Source: Lophium mytilinum (lineage: Eukaryota). From it: a DNA stretch of 64,000 nucleotides. Numbering within the stretch: position 1 is the stretch's first letter; every line of letters begins with the position of its first letter. The position numbers and the translations under genes are program-made. The notes under the pieces are model-generated. The model saw nothing but the letters and a program-made list of their open reading frames with translations. It did no database searches and was not told the DNA's origin. The stretch lies in NCBI GenBank assembly GCA_010093605.1, contig MU004198.1, positions 436,726 to 500,725 of the forward strand. The letters run 5' to 3'. Shown here in pieces: positions 47,987 to 59,691 of the stretch.

Positions 47987-49276
47987 TCAACCCTGGAATT
48001 TCGTAATCTTACAAGAGCCATCCTGATCGCACTGCTCCTCATAAGTTTCGACCACGGAGCCATATTCTCTCAAGACATACACGAGTGTGTCCACTTTGGT
48101 GTCTTCTGTCGGGAAGATGAATTCGATCTGCGTGAGGACTCGGTCTTCTTCAGAGCCGCCAGAAGGCGCAGCCATCAGGGAAAGGTAGTCTAGGAATCCG
48201 TTTCGCCTCGATGCTCTAGCATGTTTCCACGTGGATTTCAGGAACAGTCGCTGAATCCATTGCATCGGAATAAAGAATTTCGTCGGTGGTGAGGGGGTCT
48301 TGCCTATCCAGACCATCGCAATCAGCGGGCCTTTATACGGAGTAGCCCAAGGACGAAATTGCATCGTTAATCCAGCGAAAAAAAAGTCTTCCCAGGCATA
48401 ACCCGCTTCAGCTTCGGGATCCGATGCGTGCAATTTCATCTCCTTAGCCAGGTAACCACCACACATCATAGTGAAGGCGTGTGCTACTTCGTGGCATACC
48501 GCGACGGCAAACTGAAAGTCCAGTCTCAAGCGTTGGTCCCTAGTCAGCCGTTTTTGGTGGGCCAGAGAGAAGCACTTCTGAAAGTCGCTATGCATCGAGA
48601 TCGTTGGCCAGCAAGCCGATCGAGTTCCTTTCGGGGTGTTCAAGAGTTTCAGCATGGCTGGCGTGCCTTCACGAGCCGAGGCTGGTTGGCCCAAATGCCG
48701 CAGCGCCACCAGTCTTAGATGATTTGGGTTCTGGGCAGTACTGGCCCCGACGTTCTCTTCTTGCCAGCGGAAAAGGAACTTGGTCCTGCTCCTGACCAAT
48801 TTGAAGAAGGCGGCCACGATTTTTTTCGTTGTCATGTTGGCGTATTCTTCGCCAATAACGTCTTTGTACGCTTCTACTGTCTCCACCCAAAACGACTTGG
48901 GTCTAGAGACGTCATTGATTAGTTTCGTCGCGAGACGTAGCCCAGGAACCATCTGCTCCCATAGAATGTCTAGCTCCGCTTCGCTGGCAGGGTCGACTTT
49001 GAACAACGGGCCGTCTTCATCAACCGTTATGTTCTCTTCGTCGAGTCCAAGAACCCATTTTTGGCGTTGGAAGATCTCGTCGATCTCGTTGTCCAGGAGC
49101 TCATTTTCGTCAACTGGTGGAAACTCACCCACCATGCCATGTTTCCGGATCATCTCGTTGAGAACTGGCCCCGTAAGTGGGAGTCGCTCGGAAGTCTGGG
49201 GAGTATCCTTAAGCTCCACGTCTGCCTGATCTTGCAATTCCTTTTCGGCGATGTGGGGCAGAATTTGCTTAGCCAT
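47987..49276 (-). CDS. HExxH zincin-like protein, paralog B
   Basis: 429-aa intronless ORF; VCHEVAHAF..EAGYAWE; N-terminus closely matches paralog A (LPLTGP.LNEM..KHGM; GPLFKVD.ASEAE.DILW). Confidence 0.8.
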   Translation of the reverse strand: MAKQILPHIAEKELQDQADVELKDTPQTSERLPLTGPVLNEMIRKHGMVGEFPPVDENELLDNEIDEIFQRQKWVLGLDEENITVDEDGPLFKVDPASEAELDILWEQMVPGLRLATKLINDVSRPKSFWVETVEAYKDVIGEEYANMTTKKIVAAFFKLVRSRTKFLFRWQEENVGASTAQNPNHLRLVALRHLGQPASAREGTPAMLKLLNTPKGTRSACWPTISMHSDFQKCFSLAHQKRLTRDQRLRLDFQFAVAVCHEVAHAFTMMCGGYLAKEMKLHASDPEAEAGYAWEDFFFAGLTMQFRPWATPYKGPLIAMVWIGKTPSPPTKFFIPMQWIQRLFLKSTWKHARASRRNGFLDYLSLMAAPSGGSEEDRVLTQIEFIFPTEDTKVDTLVYVLREYGSVVETYEEQCDQDGSCKITKFQG

Positions 49277-50232
49277 GGTGATGTGCTCTATGATCTAAGG
49301 CGGAGTTGACGCTGGTTCAAATTGTTGAAGTGGAAATTGACCTCGTGGTGGTATGTGGTGGCAAGATTGTAAAGAAAGGCTCTGGTTTCGACAAGCAGTC
49401 GAAAAGTGAGATTATATACATCGTGTGAGTAAGTGAATCCACAATGAGTCCAATGTGCTGTGTCTTGACTTGGAGCTGCTTTCACTTTCCATTCACCGAT
49501 TTCACTCATTACAGTACAGTGAAGGTCGAGAACACCAATAGCGAAGGAACACCACCTGTACGAATAAATATATACTGCCGGCTTTGCGGACCAGAAAAAG
49601 CGATTGGGCCTCACTGATAAGTAGGCCCCCATGTTTTGTAATCAGGTTTGTTTTTCTGTTAGTATTCCTGTGGGTTCATTGAACAATGTCTCACTACTGC
49701 TTTCTGCATCATTGTCAAATGTCAATATCATAGGGGTCTCAACAGAGTTTCAAACATCTGAAAGATGTTATCACGAGGTAACAGTCTTTTTGAGCCATCC
49801 CTGTGAGGAGGTATTTGATTGCTTATTCGCTGGACCCGTAACTCACACTACCTGAAGTCAGAAGCCAAATCGAACGCCTCCTCCCTGGATGCCAGATATT
49901 GAGACACAGTTCACACCTTCCGAAATCTTACATCTCCACCTTGGAACTCTACAACCTCCAGACGCTCTCCAGCACGTTGTGACCACTGTCAAAAGGAATC
50001 TACGGAAGTCTAGAATCAAACGGTCGCGTCGAAACATCGTACGTTACAGCGCAGCGCGTGTAGGCTTTGACATCATCTGCACGAAGACTCGCCGTGCCAC
50101 CATGAGCTTTCTTGCAGGTTATTGATACTTCCTAGAGCGTTTGGTATGAGATGGCTAGACAGTACGCCCACGGTTCCGAAGCTACCAGGGCATGGGGCTA
50201 ATCCGCTGATCGTTTACTGCTTGCGCAGCGAG

Positions 50233-51723
50233 CTATGATGCGGGAGGTAAACCTGGAACTTGATGTTTTTCGACTTTCCATCTAGCGTTGAGGGCGCCAA
50301 ATTCTTTGTCGATCTGGGGGTCGAAAATCTTTCGTACAAATCCTTTTGGACCTTCTTGCCACAAGGAAGTGACAAACCTACCATCCTCAAAGTAAGTAAT
50401 ACTATATAATCCATCCTTATTACGAAACCTGGCAATATGTTCGTCGATGTTCAGATACTCCTCTTCGACACCAACAGGTAAAGACCAAGGCTTCCGAACA
50501 TTTCCAACGCTCGCAGTTGCTCTCGGAGGACTTCGGTGGTAATGGGAGAAGATCTCCTCTCCATGTTCAAGAAGTGTGAGTTTGATTACTTGATTACCCT
50601 GCTCGTCTCGGGAATCATTCTTGGTTTCCACCCCAGTTAGCACCGGATCTTTCAGCAAGACACCCACACTCAGCTCGCCGGATCGAATCAACGTGCTTTT
50701 CTCCCAAGTGGACTTTCGAAACCAGGTTTGGACCCAGGCAGGAGATATGAACACGCTGTGGCAAACGCGGGCCTCATGATCTGCCCACGGAGTTATCATC
50801 AGTCTAATCTCGTTCTTGCACCACAAGCCGGCGCCGTGGATCTGCCCTCCGAACATGTAATTTTCCCATGAATGGCCAACCTCGCCGGCAAAGTCGGTCG
50901 GGAAGACCAGAGGTTCATCGCACGGTCTACCTTGTGCTACCTGGAAAAAGGCGTGCGCCGTCTCGTGAACGAGCGTTATAGCAGCCTTGAACTGCTTCTT
51001 CAGCGAGTCCGCGGCAGGCAGCCGAGCAAAATCGTCACGCTTTCGGTGGAAGAGGTCTCGGAAGCAGCAATGCAGCGCTATAATAGGAGCGCAGTAGTCA
51101 TGGTCGTCGTTACGCGTTGATACCTCGACTGGCCCTTTCAACTTCCGCGCGTTTTTTCCGGTCGTTTGCCAGAAGAACTGGAAGGCCTCGGGGTGTGGAA
51201 AGGTGCAACCCCATCGCAAAACGTGGTCCTTGTCGCAGAGCGTCCCGAACGTCAGGTGTGTTCTAGTCGCCATCTTGTTGAAAACTTCGCGAACCTTCTC
51301 TTTTGCGCCAGGAGAGTTCTCATCAATATCTGCATCCGAACCCCCACGGTGGCTGAGCAGTCGCACCCAGAACCCCAAGAACTCGTCATTTGTTATCCAT
51401 TCTGTGGCGAGGCGGAGAACTGCCTTCATGTTGGACCAAACCATGGCCTTGTCTTTGGCGTATCTGTCGTTATCAAGGTACCGCAGCGTCGGTTCGTTCA
51501 ACGAGTTTTCATCAACTCCGAGCGACCACCTTGAGGGCTGGTACATGGCATGGATAACACCGTCTAGCAGCTCATCCTTTGGCAGCGGTTTGATATTAGC
51601 CCACTGAAGACGTCCTAATGCGCCCTCGATTACAGCATTCCAGTCCTCCCGGGTGGTGCTCAGTGCTGGCTCATTCTTGGGTCCTCCCTCTTCGTTGAGG
51701 TGCACGGGGCCTTCACTCTCCAT
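50233..51723 (-). CDS. HExxH zincin-like protein, paralog C (more diverged)
   Basis: 496-aa intronless ORF; WSLGVDEN, LRLATEWI, LVHETAHAF..EVGHSWENYMFGG, WVQTWFRKSTW. Confidence 0.8.
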   Translation of the reverse strand: MESEGPVHLNEEGGPKNEPALSTTREDWNAVIEGALGRLQWANIKPLPKDELLDGVIHAMYQPSRWSLGVDENSLNEPTLRYLDNDRYAKDKAMVWSNMKAVLRLATEWITNDEFLGFWVRLLSHRGGSDADIDENSPGAKEKVREVFNKMATRTHLTFGTLCDKDHVLRWGCTFPHPEAFQFFWQTTGKNARKLKGPVEVSTRNDDHDYCAPIIALHCCFRDLFHRKRDDFARLPAADSLKKQFKAAITLVHETAHAFFQVAQGRPCDEPLVFPTDFAGEVGHSWENYMFGGQIHGAGLWCKNEIRLMITPWADHEARVCHSVFISPAWVQTWFRKSTWEKSTLIRSGELSVGVLLKDPVLTGVETKNDSRDEQGNQVIKLTLLEHGEEIFSHYHRSPPRATASVGNVRKPWSLPVGVEEEYLNIDEHIARFRNKDGLYSITYFEDGRFVTSLWQEGPKGFVRKIFDPQIDKEFGALNARWKVEKHQVPGLPPAS

Positions 51724-52606
51724 TTTCGCCTCTATCTAGGGCTTCCCGAATACTGGCTCTTGAATGGGATTTACGCGGTGTAAAGTTGAATGTTCGAAAA
51801 AGGTGGTGGTGTCTTGTTGGTTCATAAAGTGATTGTACGGAGAATGGTCGTGGACATTAATGTCACGAAGTGGGTGATGATTCATCAAAGTGAATGTCAA
51901 GTGACACTATCTGCACTTTGCTCGAAGCTAACGAAGCGCGAAAATTAGGACGATTTGATTGAGCAAAGGATAAGAACGCATGGCTCAAGTTATCACAGCT
52001 AGTGTAGCTGTCTAGGTAGTCGCCTGGTCGATCCTGAAGTAGAGACGCTCTGCAACGGAAATTGGAGCTGTAGGCCGCGTACTTGAGGTATTGCATGATG
52101 ATAAAGATACAAGGGAGAGAGGAAGGCTATATACGAGACGTCGCGAGCGCCTGCTGTAGCCCTCACCGCTACTCCCTGGCACGCTGGGTAGTTACAAACC
52201 AACCAACCAACGGAGCTCACATGAAGATTATCATTTGATTGATTCCATACTGAAGGACGTCCTGACAGAAACCGTCTCTGAAATCTAAAAAGCTTAGGTA
52301 CAGCTCTTTGTTTGGATACGACAGGATCGGAGCAACTCGTCAAAGATTTCCACTTACTCCCAGCATGAGCTTTCTAGAAACTCCTACACTTTGTTCTTTT
52401 GAAGCACATCCTAGGAGCCACATTGTTCCACAGCACAGGTATGTGACAAAGTCTGGGCAAAGGCCTTCTCAGCTTAAATACTATAAGTTCACTAGCACAG
52501 GTGGAGGACAACAATGCCCAAAGGCTAGGATGAATTTGAAGATACTATCACACAACACGTATTTCTCAGCAAAGTAGGGGTTTCACGGCGACGTGAATAC
52601 TCCACC

Positions 52607-53698
52607 CTAAAGGTTGAGCTCGTCACCTTCGGTCTCCACGAGATCTAATAGCACCTGCCGCACGTCAATCCCGAAAGGCTGCACAGGTTGGAGCAAGTCG
52701 GCCACCTGGAACAGGTACTCCTCGCAAAGTTGGAGATGGGCAGAAGTCGACGCGAGCAATCTACGAAGCCTTCGGTCTACCTGATCTGGTTTCAATCGGC
52801 GCTCCCGAGGCTGCAGCAGTTGAAAGCGGCATAAAGGACAGCTATGACTCTGCTTCTGATCACCCAGAATCCATGCTCGCCCGCACTCAAGCCCTATTCC
52901 ATGCCCGCAGACGAGTCGAACAGCTGGGTGGACATCCGAATAGCGTTCGTAGCAGATAACGCAAATTTGCGAGTCCGATCTATCCGCATTAGTGCTATCG
53001 CAATTCATGGGCGTCGAAATATCCTCGATTCGAGGATCAGGACCCAGATTCTCCATCTCAACATCCTGCAAAACTCCTGGGACGGTGTGAGGGTTTTCAA
53101 GGACATTCCAGCAGCTTCGAATCTCGCGTTTTAGAAACCTTATGACGGTGGAGAAGTGTTGATTGGCTCCATTTTCGCGTATGGCCTTCCAAATGCCTGC
53201 TTGATCCTCGTGGCTCTCAGTTATGCAAAGATATCGAAGACCTGCGTACAAATGTCTAATATAGAGAGACACATATCGAATCGGGTCGTCTTCATTCCCG
53301 ATGGCTTCAATATCTAGAAGCTGAGCTGCTAGGATGCGTTGGATATCGCGGTTCGTGCGAGCTAGCGCTTTGTCTTCTCGGGACCATTCTAGAGAGGGAG
53401 TATCGAGAATGCGATCTACTTCTCGATGAAAGTTAGAGCCCCGTATGATGAATGCGTGGACAATTTGCTCGAACTCGAGGAATATCGATTCGACGATGTC
53501 TATGTCACCGTCTGCCATCGCTACAGTACCTTCAGACTCTTCGCTATCTTCCTCTAGCATAGCCGTGCTGCCATCATGGTTGAGATATGAACCACGACCG
53601 CCACTGATAGGCGTGCCCGTAGCGGTGATGTCGGGTGTTGCGTTCGCCCTTCCGCTAGAACTCAGCTCGCCGTTTGCGATTTCGCTTCCCACCGCCAT
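52607..53698 (-). CDS. RING-finger protein (variant, putative E3 ligase)
   Basis: CVIC..CGHGIGLEC..W..CPLC at 52829-52963; intronless. Confidence 0.75.
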   Translation of the reverse strand: MAVGSEIANGELSSSGRANATPDITATGTPISGGRGSYLNHDGSTAMLEEDSEESEGTVAMADGDIDIVESIFLEFEQIVHAFIIRGSNFHREVDRILDTPSLEWSREDKALARTNRDIQRILAAQLLDIEAIGNEDDPIRYVSLYIRHLYAGLRYLCITESHEDQAGIWKAIRENGANQHFSTVIRFLKREIRSCWNVLENPHTVPGVLQDVEMENLGPDPRIEDISTPMNCDSTNADRSDSQICVICYERYSDVHPAVRLVCGHGIGLECGRAWILGDQKQSHSCPLCRFQLLQPRERRLKPDQVDRRLRRLLASTSAHLQLCEEYLFQVADLLQPVQPFGIDVRQVLLDLVETEGDELNL

Positions 53699-54533
53699 GT
53701 CACGTCGCAAGGAAGGCGATCCAATTGTGGTGAGTTAATGCTGAAGTCTTTGAGAGTGCACAAAACTATGACTGGCGTAACGATCTTATATTGCGGATAT
53801 TTAGATTACTAAGTTTCCGGTACATAGTACATTGTGCCGAAACTCCACGTCAAGATCTACTTTTCTAATTCTATACTGGACGACCTGTAGAGAAAAATAA
53901 GATCATGTTAGACTTGAACAATGTCTCAATGTGGAAGAACCGTATAGTGAAGGAGGGTAAGAGCTTCTGGTACAATTCGTCGCCCCAGCGGAAAGCAGGC
54001 GAATAGTTCCCCTCGACACTTTGGTTCAGCAGACTATCTACGCGTTCGTAAGGGACCACCAATTATTTAGCCATGAACAGCATCTTAAACAAAGTTCTCC
54101 TCAAAATGGAGTTCTTACTTAACTCACTCGCCCTTTCAACGAAGTAATAAGCAGAAATTCCCATCTTATCTCTCAATACTAATTCCACCAAGAGTAGTAT
54201 CAGCTACTACACGTTGTTCGGTAAGAAGTCTCACCTCACATTTCTCATTCTAGGACTAGTAACTTCACAATGAACGATAGGGTTGTTAGCCTGCAATTTT
54301 TCCGCCTCAATCCTCACATTGTTCTATATAGTCCTCGTGCGGTCACAATACATTTTAATCCATGCTGATTCACGAGATATCTGTGTCTATATAACCACGT
54401 CTCCAACCCGCTCTTCTTCTCAACTTTCCTTCCTCGACGCTTTACGAAACCCGCTTCTAAACCACGGTCCAAACCTCGTTGGTAGAAAGCGTGCCCGAGA
54501 AACGGATCCTACGACACTTCCTCGACCGACAAG

Positions 54534-55135
54534 ATGTGTCACTTCATTAAGTATCTTTTTGCTTGCGACCACGAGAAGCTCGAGCCTTCGACCTGTGGGA
54601 AATTCGTCTTCGTTAATGGGCATTGCGATCCAGACGACCCGCTCCTGTATAGGATCTTGAGGGAACAGACCTTCGATCGACCCTGTGGCCGCTGCGAGGA
54701 CCGAGTTCGAAAACTCCGTGAACAGGGTGATGAGTTAGAGGAGAAGGTCTGGGATGTTGCTATTCGTGAGTTTCAGACGAGTATCTACGTTCGAGCGATG
54801 TTCCCACGCACTGATCCTCGTAAAAGCCGCTTGTGCCTGCTCCAGAGGTTCCGACTGGATTCTATCCTCGCAACATTCCACAGTTCGTTTTCCTAGCGTC
54901 TGCGAAGCTCAAGAAGTTGCGCCTTCAGCTTGCATACGACACCCATCGTGTCACTAAAATAGAGCGGGAGCAAATTAAGGCTCTGGCTGAAGGTACTCTT
55001 CCGGGAATGAACCAGCAAGATCTCGAGCGAAGGAGGTCGCTTTTCCGAGAGTTTCTCGCTGACAGCGACTGGCGGAGGTGCCCCAAGTTCAAAGGGCTCA
55101 CAGTGGACGAGGTCGTCTATCAAGTGTTGCCATAG
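54534..55135 (+). CDS. Small Cys/His (putative zinc-binding) protein, ~173 aa
   Basis: MC-x8-CDH-x7-C-x9-C...CGRC; intron 54766-54845 (GTGAGT..CTGAT..CAG) joins ORFs 54534 and 54833; TATATAA at ~54388. Confidence 0.6.
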
Positions 55136-55894
55136 AAGTATCTCTTTGAGTGTACTGATGTGAGTGTTAAACCACTGTCGTATTGACCCATCGATATCTT
55201 ATGGCTTCGAAGCGTTCTCTCAGGCTTCATGCACCTTAACTTGCATTTTCTCCTGATATCTAAGACAAGTTTTATGAATATTAGAGAACCCAATCAATCT
55301 CCAGTACCCCAACAATGAGAAATGAATACTCTCAATATAAACACCAAGTTTTATCCCGTGATATAAATCTTATTGAGATCAGCCCTTGGCCCATTATATG
55401 CGTGAAGCGTGCTGGTACGCTTACATGACTGGTGCAATGAAACCATGGTACTCATCTAACGGCCCATATATATATATATATAAATATCCTTGCAGCCACA
55501 GCCACCACACAATCATCAAAAAAGCCCATTACGAGATCTTCCATATCGACAACTCTTTTACACAGTTGCAGTCCTGAGACGTAAGTTTATGCCCTCCCTT
55601 TCCGCCATGCTCCTGAATCCTCAGGCTGATTTTTGCGAACATTTTGAAGCCCCCCTCGACTCTTTGCACACCGCGCTCTTGCCCCTCGACAACAACAACA
55701 ACAACGTATGCCGATCAAAAACGACTAACGAGGATCTCAATCGCACTCACTGAAAGAAACTCGTCTGGGATTTTGATAAGGCACCGAAGCTACTCAAACA
55801 GCGGCGAACAGGTATGCATAGGCTTCTATCTAGGCATTCTATTATCTTTTTCAGCGGAGATTGACCAGTCAAAGTCCGCTAGAAAATGGGCCAA

Positions 55895-56932
55895 ATGGCT
55901 TCTGCAACTCCCCGCACTTCCTTGGACAGCTTCGCACTGCTAGATCTTCCCCGCGAGATACGCGATCTTACTTACCATTTTGCGCTCGTTCGGAATCGAC
56001 TCTATATTCGACAAGTCTGTGCTAGCAAGGATCCTATATCTCGTACGACATGGGATTCTGCAGATACCAAGAACGAGCCTCAGACGTATGGGTTGCACTG
56101 TGTTGAGGTTGCGCCTCAAGTAAATCTTCTAAGAGCCAATCGGCAGGTATATTCAGAAGCCTCCAAAGTCTTTTATTCTGAGAACATCTTTAATTTCTAC
56201 GCATACTTTGGGTCGGGTTGTCCCGAGTTTGATTCCGTGCTTGGTTTCCTCTAAGACCGTCCCAAAACCTCATTGGGCAGCATAAGATCAGTAGAATTCG
56301 TGGAATTCGGGTCTAAAGGCCGGTCACTTCGCAAAAAAGAATACGAGGTGTGGAACTCAGTTCACACAATTATGAGCCGGACAAACCTGCAGTACTTCGG
56401 GCTTCAGCTGCCCGCGCGACTAGTGCTGGAGAGTTGGGCTCGAGGGATGCAAGGTACGGACCGGATTCTTTTCATACTGCGCCTGTTGACTGCGGGAAAC
56501 AGTCCAAAGAGTTTCCGATTAAGGGTGTACAACGAACACTATCTTAACAAGGGCCCCTATATCCAGCCCATCGTGACCCTCGAGTCACCCGACGTGACGG
56601 ACGAGCTCAAACTGAGACAGTTCTGTGAGCGGATGGCTCGCGTTCTTCCACACGTATACCGTGGCTTGACACGTCGGTCGGACACATTAGGGATGAAGAC
56701 ATACATCCTAGCCAGGCGTACGAATACGTGTCGTTGCGAAAACCATTGGATTGTCCAAAACATGGTTGGATGCGACTTCAATATGAAGTACAAATCTGAC
56801 TTTCATGCTGCGACGTTGAGTTTAGCCGGGCCTAATGATTCTGGAGAACTGAACAAGAACCCGTGGATGCAGGACGACTTTGGAGGTGTTATTGGATCGG
56901 ATACCGGTGAAAATCTGCCTGACAGAATTTGA
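55895..56932 (+). pseudogene. F-box-like gene interrupted by a single in-frame TAA (56252-56254)
   Basis: LLDLPREIRDLTY; LLRANRQVYSEASKVFYSENIFNF; the same frame stays open after the stop to 56932. Confidence 0.7.
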
Positions 56933-57571
56933 CTTGGCGGAGGTTCAGGGCGAAGCTGGCCGGTATCACTTCAGCGGTACTAGGTGACGAGCCTTGGTAA
57001 ATTAATATAGCGCTATACGGCTCTCAGTCTTGATCACTCGACAAGACTGTGAGGAGTAGCCCAGCTAGCAGGATCCAGTTAAAGGGCTGCTTACTCTTAG
57101 TTGGACGGACCTTGAAATTATTTCTCTATTCTAGGAAGATCATGAGAAACTGAGCAAGGCATAAAAAAGTGCCCGTAATTCGCATCTTAGGACTGTACTG
57201 TTAGGGTCGCGATACCGTTTGCACAAAGTCGATGTCTAGTCACACGTATGAAGAAAGCCTCGTTGAGAACTCGATCACATCAATCTTCTAATCAATGCGG
57301 TCAGACTTGAGTACATTTCGTTAATTCGATCGTCAGCTACGGTACTTGAGGCGCCTTAAGGAGCTACAAGACTGGGAGGTACCCCCACTACTTCCACGAG
57401 TGATAACAGCTCTTTGGTAGGCCAGTCTCAACCCGGCTCTGGACACCGGATACTCTACCAGCCGCTCTTGCTATACAGATGCGCCCACGCCGCCGCCCAA
57501 TGCAGCCACGTAGATAATGTGCTCAAGACCGCAAACGCCCGCCGGTGCGGTAATGATTCAAACGACCCGGC

Positions 57572-59203
57572 TTACTTGTACATGATTTGGTTTCCAGATC
57601 TCAGAATCTCGCTCCCATACGTGTCCCAGAAGTATTGAAGGTTATAATCCCAGAAATCCTGAAGCTTTTGTCGCATTTCACCTATAGCAATCGTCTGCGG
57701 CGACATGTTCTTGTATGTATTCAAGACCAGATCGAACGTGCCCGAAGCCGTGAACAGATCGTCACCTATGTACCGAATGTGGTCATGTTCTGCGTCCTTC
57801 TCTAGAAGAGTGCGGATTATCGACTTCATGATAGTGAGGATGTAATTCCCAGGCAGTAGTGTAGGGAGCTCCATGTCTAAAGCCACCTGCGCTAGGATGG
57901 CCGCCCACTTCACGTGACAACTTTCGCTGGCACGGACTTGCTCGATTCTAGCTGGGAGGTCCTTGCCAGATTGATCCTTCACATGCGGGTCCGCACCATA
58001 CTCAAGCAGGAGTCTAAGAATCGAACATCCGTGCCTGATATCGCGTGCCGAGACTACCGCTACGTCTAGGTAGGTCTGGAGGTTGCCGAAGCCGAAGCAG
58101 GAGTGTTCCTGGCTGTTTGCGCTAGCGCCACCTTCTAGTAGCCTACGCACGCATTCAATCTGGGCATCGAGAGATTTGAGACTGTCTGGCCGTGGTCTCG
58201 CGATGCCAATGGAAATGGCTTTGTATAGTGTTGTCGCGCGGAAATTGTCCCCTTGGAAATTGCAGATAGTTGCTCCGAATTCCAATAAAGTGGTTGCGAT
58301 CTTCGGATTTCTGCCAGTGAGAGCGGCTTGTAGAGCCGTCTCTGAGTCGTTTCTGTGCATTGGAACCAGGTTCGGATGTACGCCAGCCTCGAGCAGGAGA
58401 CGAACCAGTGTCGGATCATCATCCTGGTTGTGCCAGGCATGATGATATAGGGCTGGTTCGTGTCCAGGGCTCAGATAGAAAGGATCGGCCCCCTTCTGAA
58501 GGAGTAGCTTGACCACTTGTGGATCTTGGGTTTGATTCAAGAACGGGAGACCCCCTTCACCTCGGGACCGTGCCCCTAGTGTAGTCCGGTGTGTAGCGTT
58601 GGCGTGATACTTCGATATAAGAGTATCAATGAGTTCGAACCTGTTCGGGTCTGGATCTCCCGTTCCCGACGCTTGGAACTTCTGCAGAGCAAACTCGAGA
58701 ATCTGCGTCGCCTCGCGTGCAGTCATGCGCCCAAGCTCTCCCGCTTTCTCGACGAACAAGAGAATGATGTCTGAAGAACTGTATCCAGTCTTTGTGGCGA
58801 TAGAAAAAAGAGGCCAGTCGTATTGGGGAACGAAGTACATCATTAACGTCCTCCAATGTGTTCCCCGATATCTCTCCACCAAACCACGGAAAGGTAGGTA
58901 CTTGAAAATATCAGCCTTAACCGCGCTAGAATTTGAGTAGTCTTCAATCCCAGTGATGCCATGGGCGAATAGGTATCGCAAGAGATGTGGCTTCCGATGC
59001 CGTACTGCCCAGCTGATTGCTGGCATTGTGGATGGCCAACCTACGTCGGATGCAGGTCGGTCAACAATGGCGCGCTTGTAAAGCTGTCCTTCCAAGAGTG
59101 AGCCGTATCGCCGGTTGGTGGCCATCAGATGCGATATAGAGCGATCATCGAGGTAGTCCCCTATGTCGAGGATCAATTCGTTCGGGAGCGCGGAGAAAGG
59201 CAT
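57572..59203 (-). CDS. F-box-like + ankyrin-repeat protein
   Basis: FSALPNELILDIGDYLD; repeats VKLLLQKGADP, VRLLLEAGVHPN, TALQAA..LLEFGA, RRLLEGGASAN, RLLLEYGADP. Confidence 0.85.
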   Translation of the reverse strand: MPFSALPNELILDIGDYLDDRSISHLMATNRRYGSLLEGQLYKRAIVDRPASDVGWPSTMPAISWAVRHRKPHLLRYLFAHGITGIEDYSNSSAVKADIFKYLPFRGLVERYRGTHWRTLMMYFVPQYDWPLFSIATKTGYSSSDIILLFVEKAGELGRMTAREATQILEFALQKFQASGTGDPDPNRFELIDTLISKYHANATHRTTLGARSRGEGGLPFLNQTQDPQVVKLLLQKGADPFYLSPGHEPALYHHAWHNQDDDPTLVRLLLEAGVHPNLVPMHRNDSETALQAALTGRNPKIATTLLEFGATICNFQGDNFRATTLYKAISIGIARPRPDSLKSLDAQIECVRRLLEGGASANSQEHSCFGFGNLQTYLDVAVVSARDIRHGCSILRLLLEYGADPHVKDQSGKDLPARIEQVRASESCHVKWAAILAQVALDMELPTLLPGNYILTIMKSIIRTLLEKDAEHDHIRYIGDDLFTASGTFDLVLNTYKNMSPQTIAIGEMRQKLQDFWDYNLQYFWDTYGSEILRSGNQIMYK

Positions 59204-59691
59204 GGTGATCCGTAGGGTTGTTGATGTTATCCAATAACCGGCTATCTAGTATGAATAGTAGGGTTTGTTGATATGTGGCTGAAGTTTAAGGTACTGGTGT
59301 GTGGGAGTGTGGGACAAGTGTGTGGAGGAAGTAAACTAGGCTGGACGAAGCGTCTTTTGTAGGCCCTGGGTATTTTTCCATCAGTGGGTGGTAACGGTGA
59401 AAGGTACCTAGGCAGGCAGCTGCTCATTGAAGCTGCAGGGTAGGCTGTGCAAGACCAATCTAGAAAACAAGTCAGTGAATGGAGAATCGCTGCCTGGGTA
59501 GCGGGTAGCAGGAGGCGTCATATGCGATCGTGAATCTAATGGATGAACCATGCCTAGCATTCACCAGCAGTAAAAGACTAGATTCCGCTGTCAACTTGGA
59601 TTTAAAGTTTTGCAAAGGCCAGCAAAGCAACTCGACCAGCACACCAAAACTACACACCGCTATCTTTTGTGGCACTTACCAGGTTTCTGCA

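Noticed and set aside
51863..52096. 77-aa minus-strand ORF with a nearby TATA-like element
   Set aside because: No motif or paralog support; may be promoter/leader sequence of the HExxH paralog C gene.
55466..55705. (AT)n and (AAC)n microsatellites
   Set aside because: Short, ordinary simple repeats.
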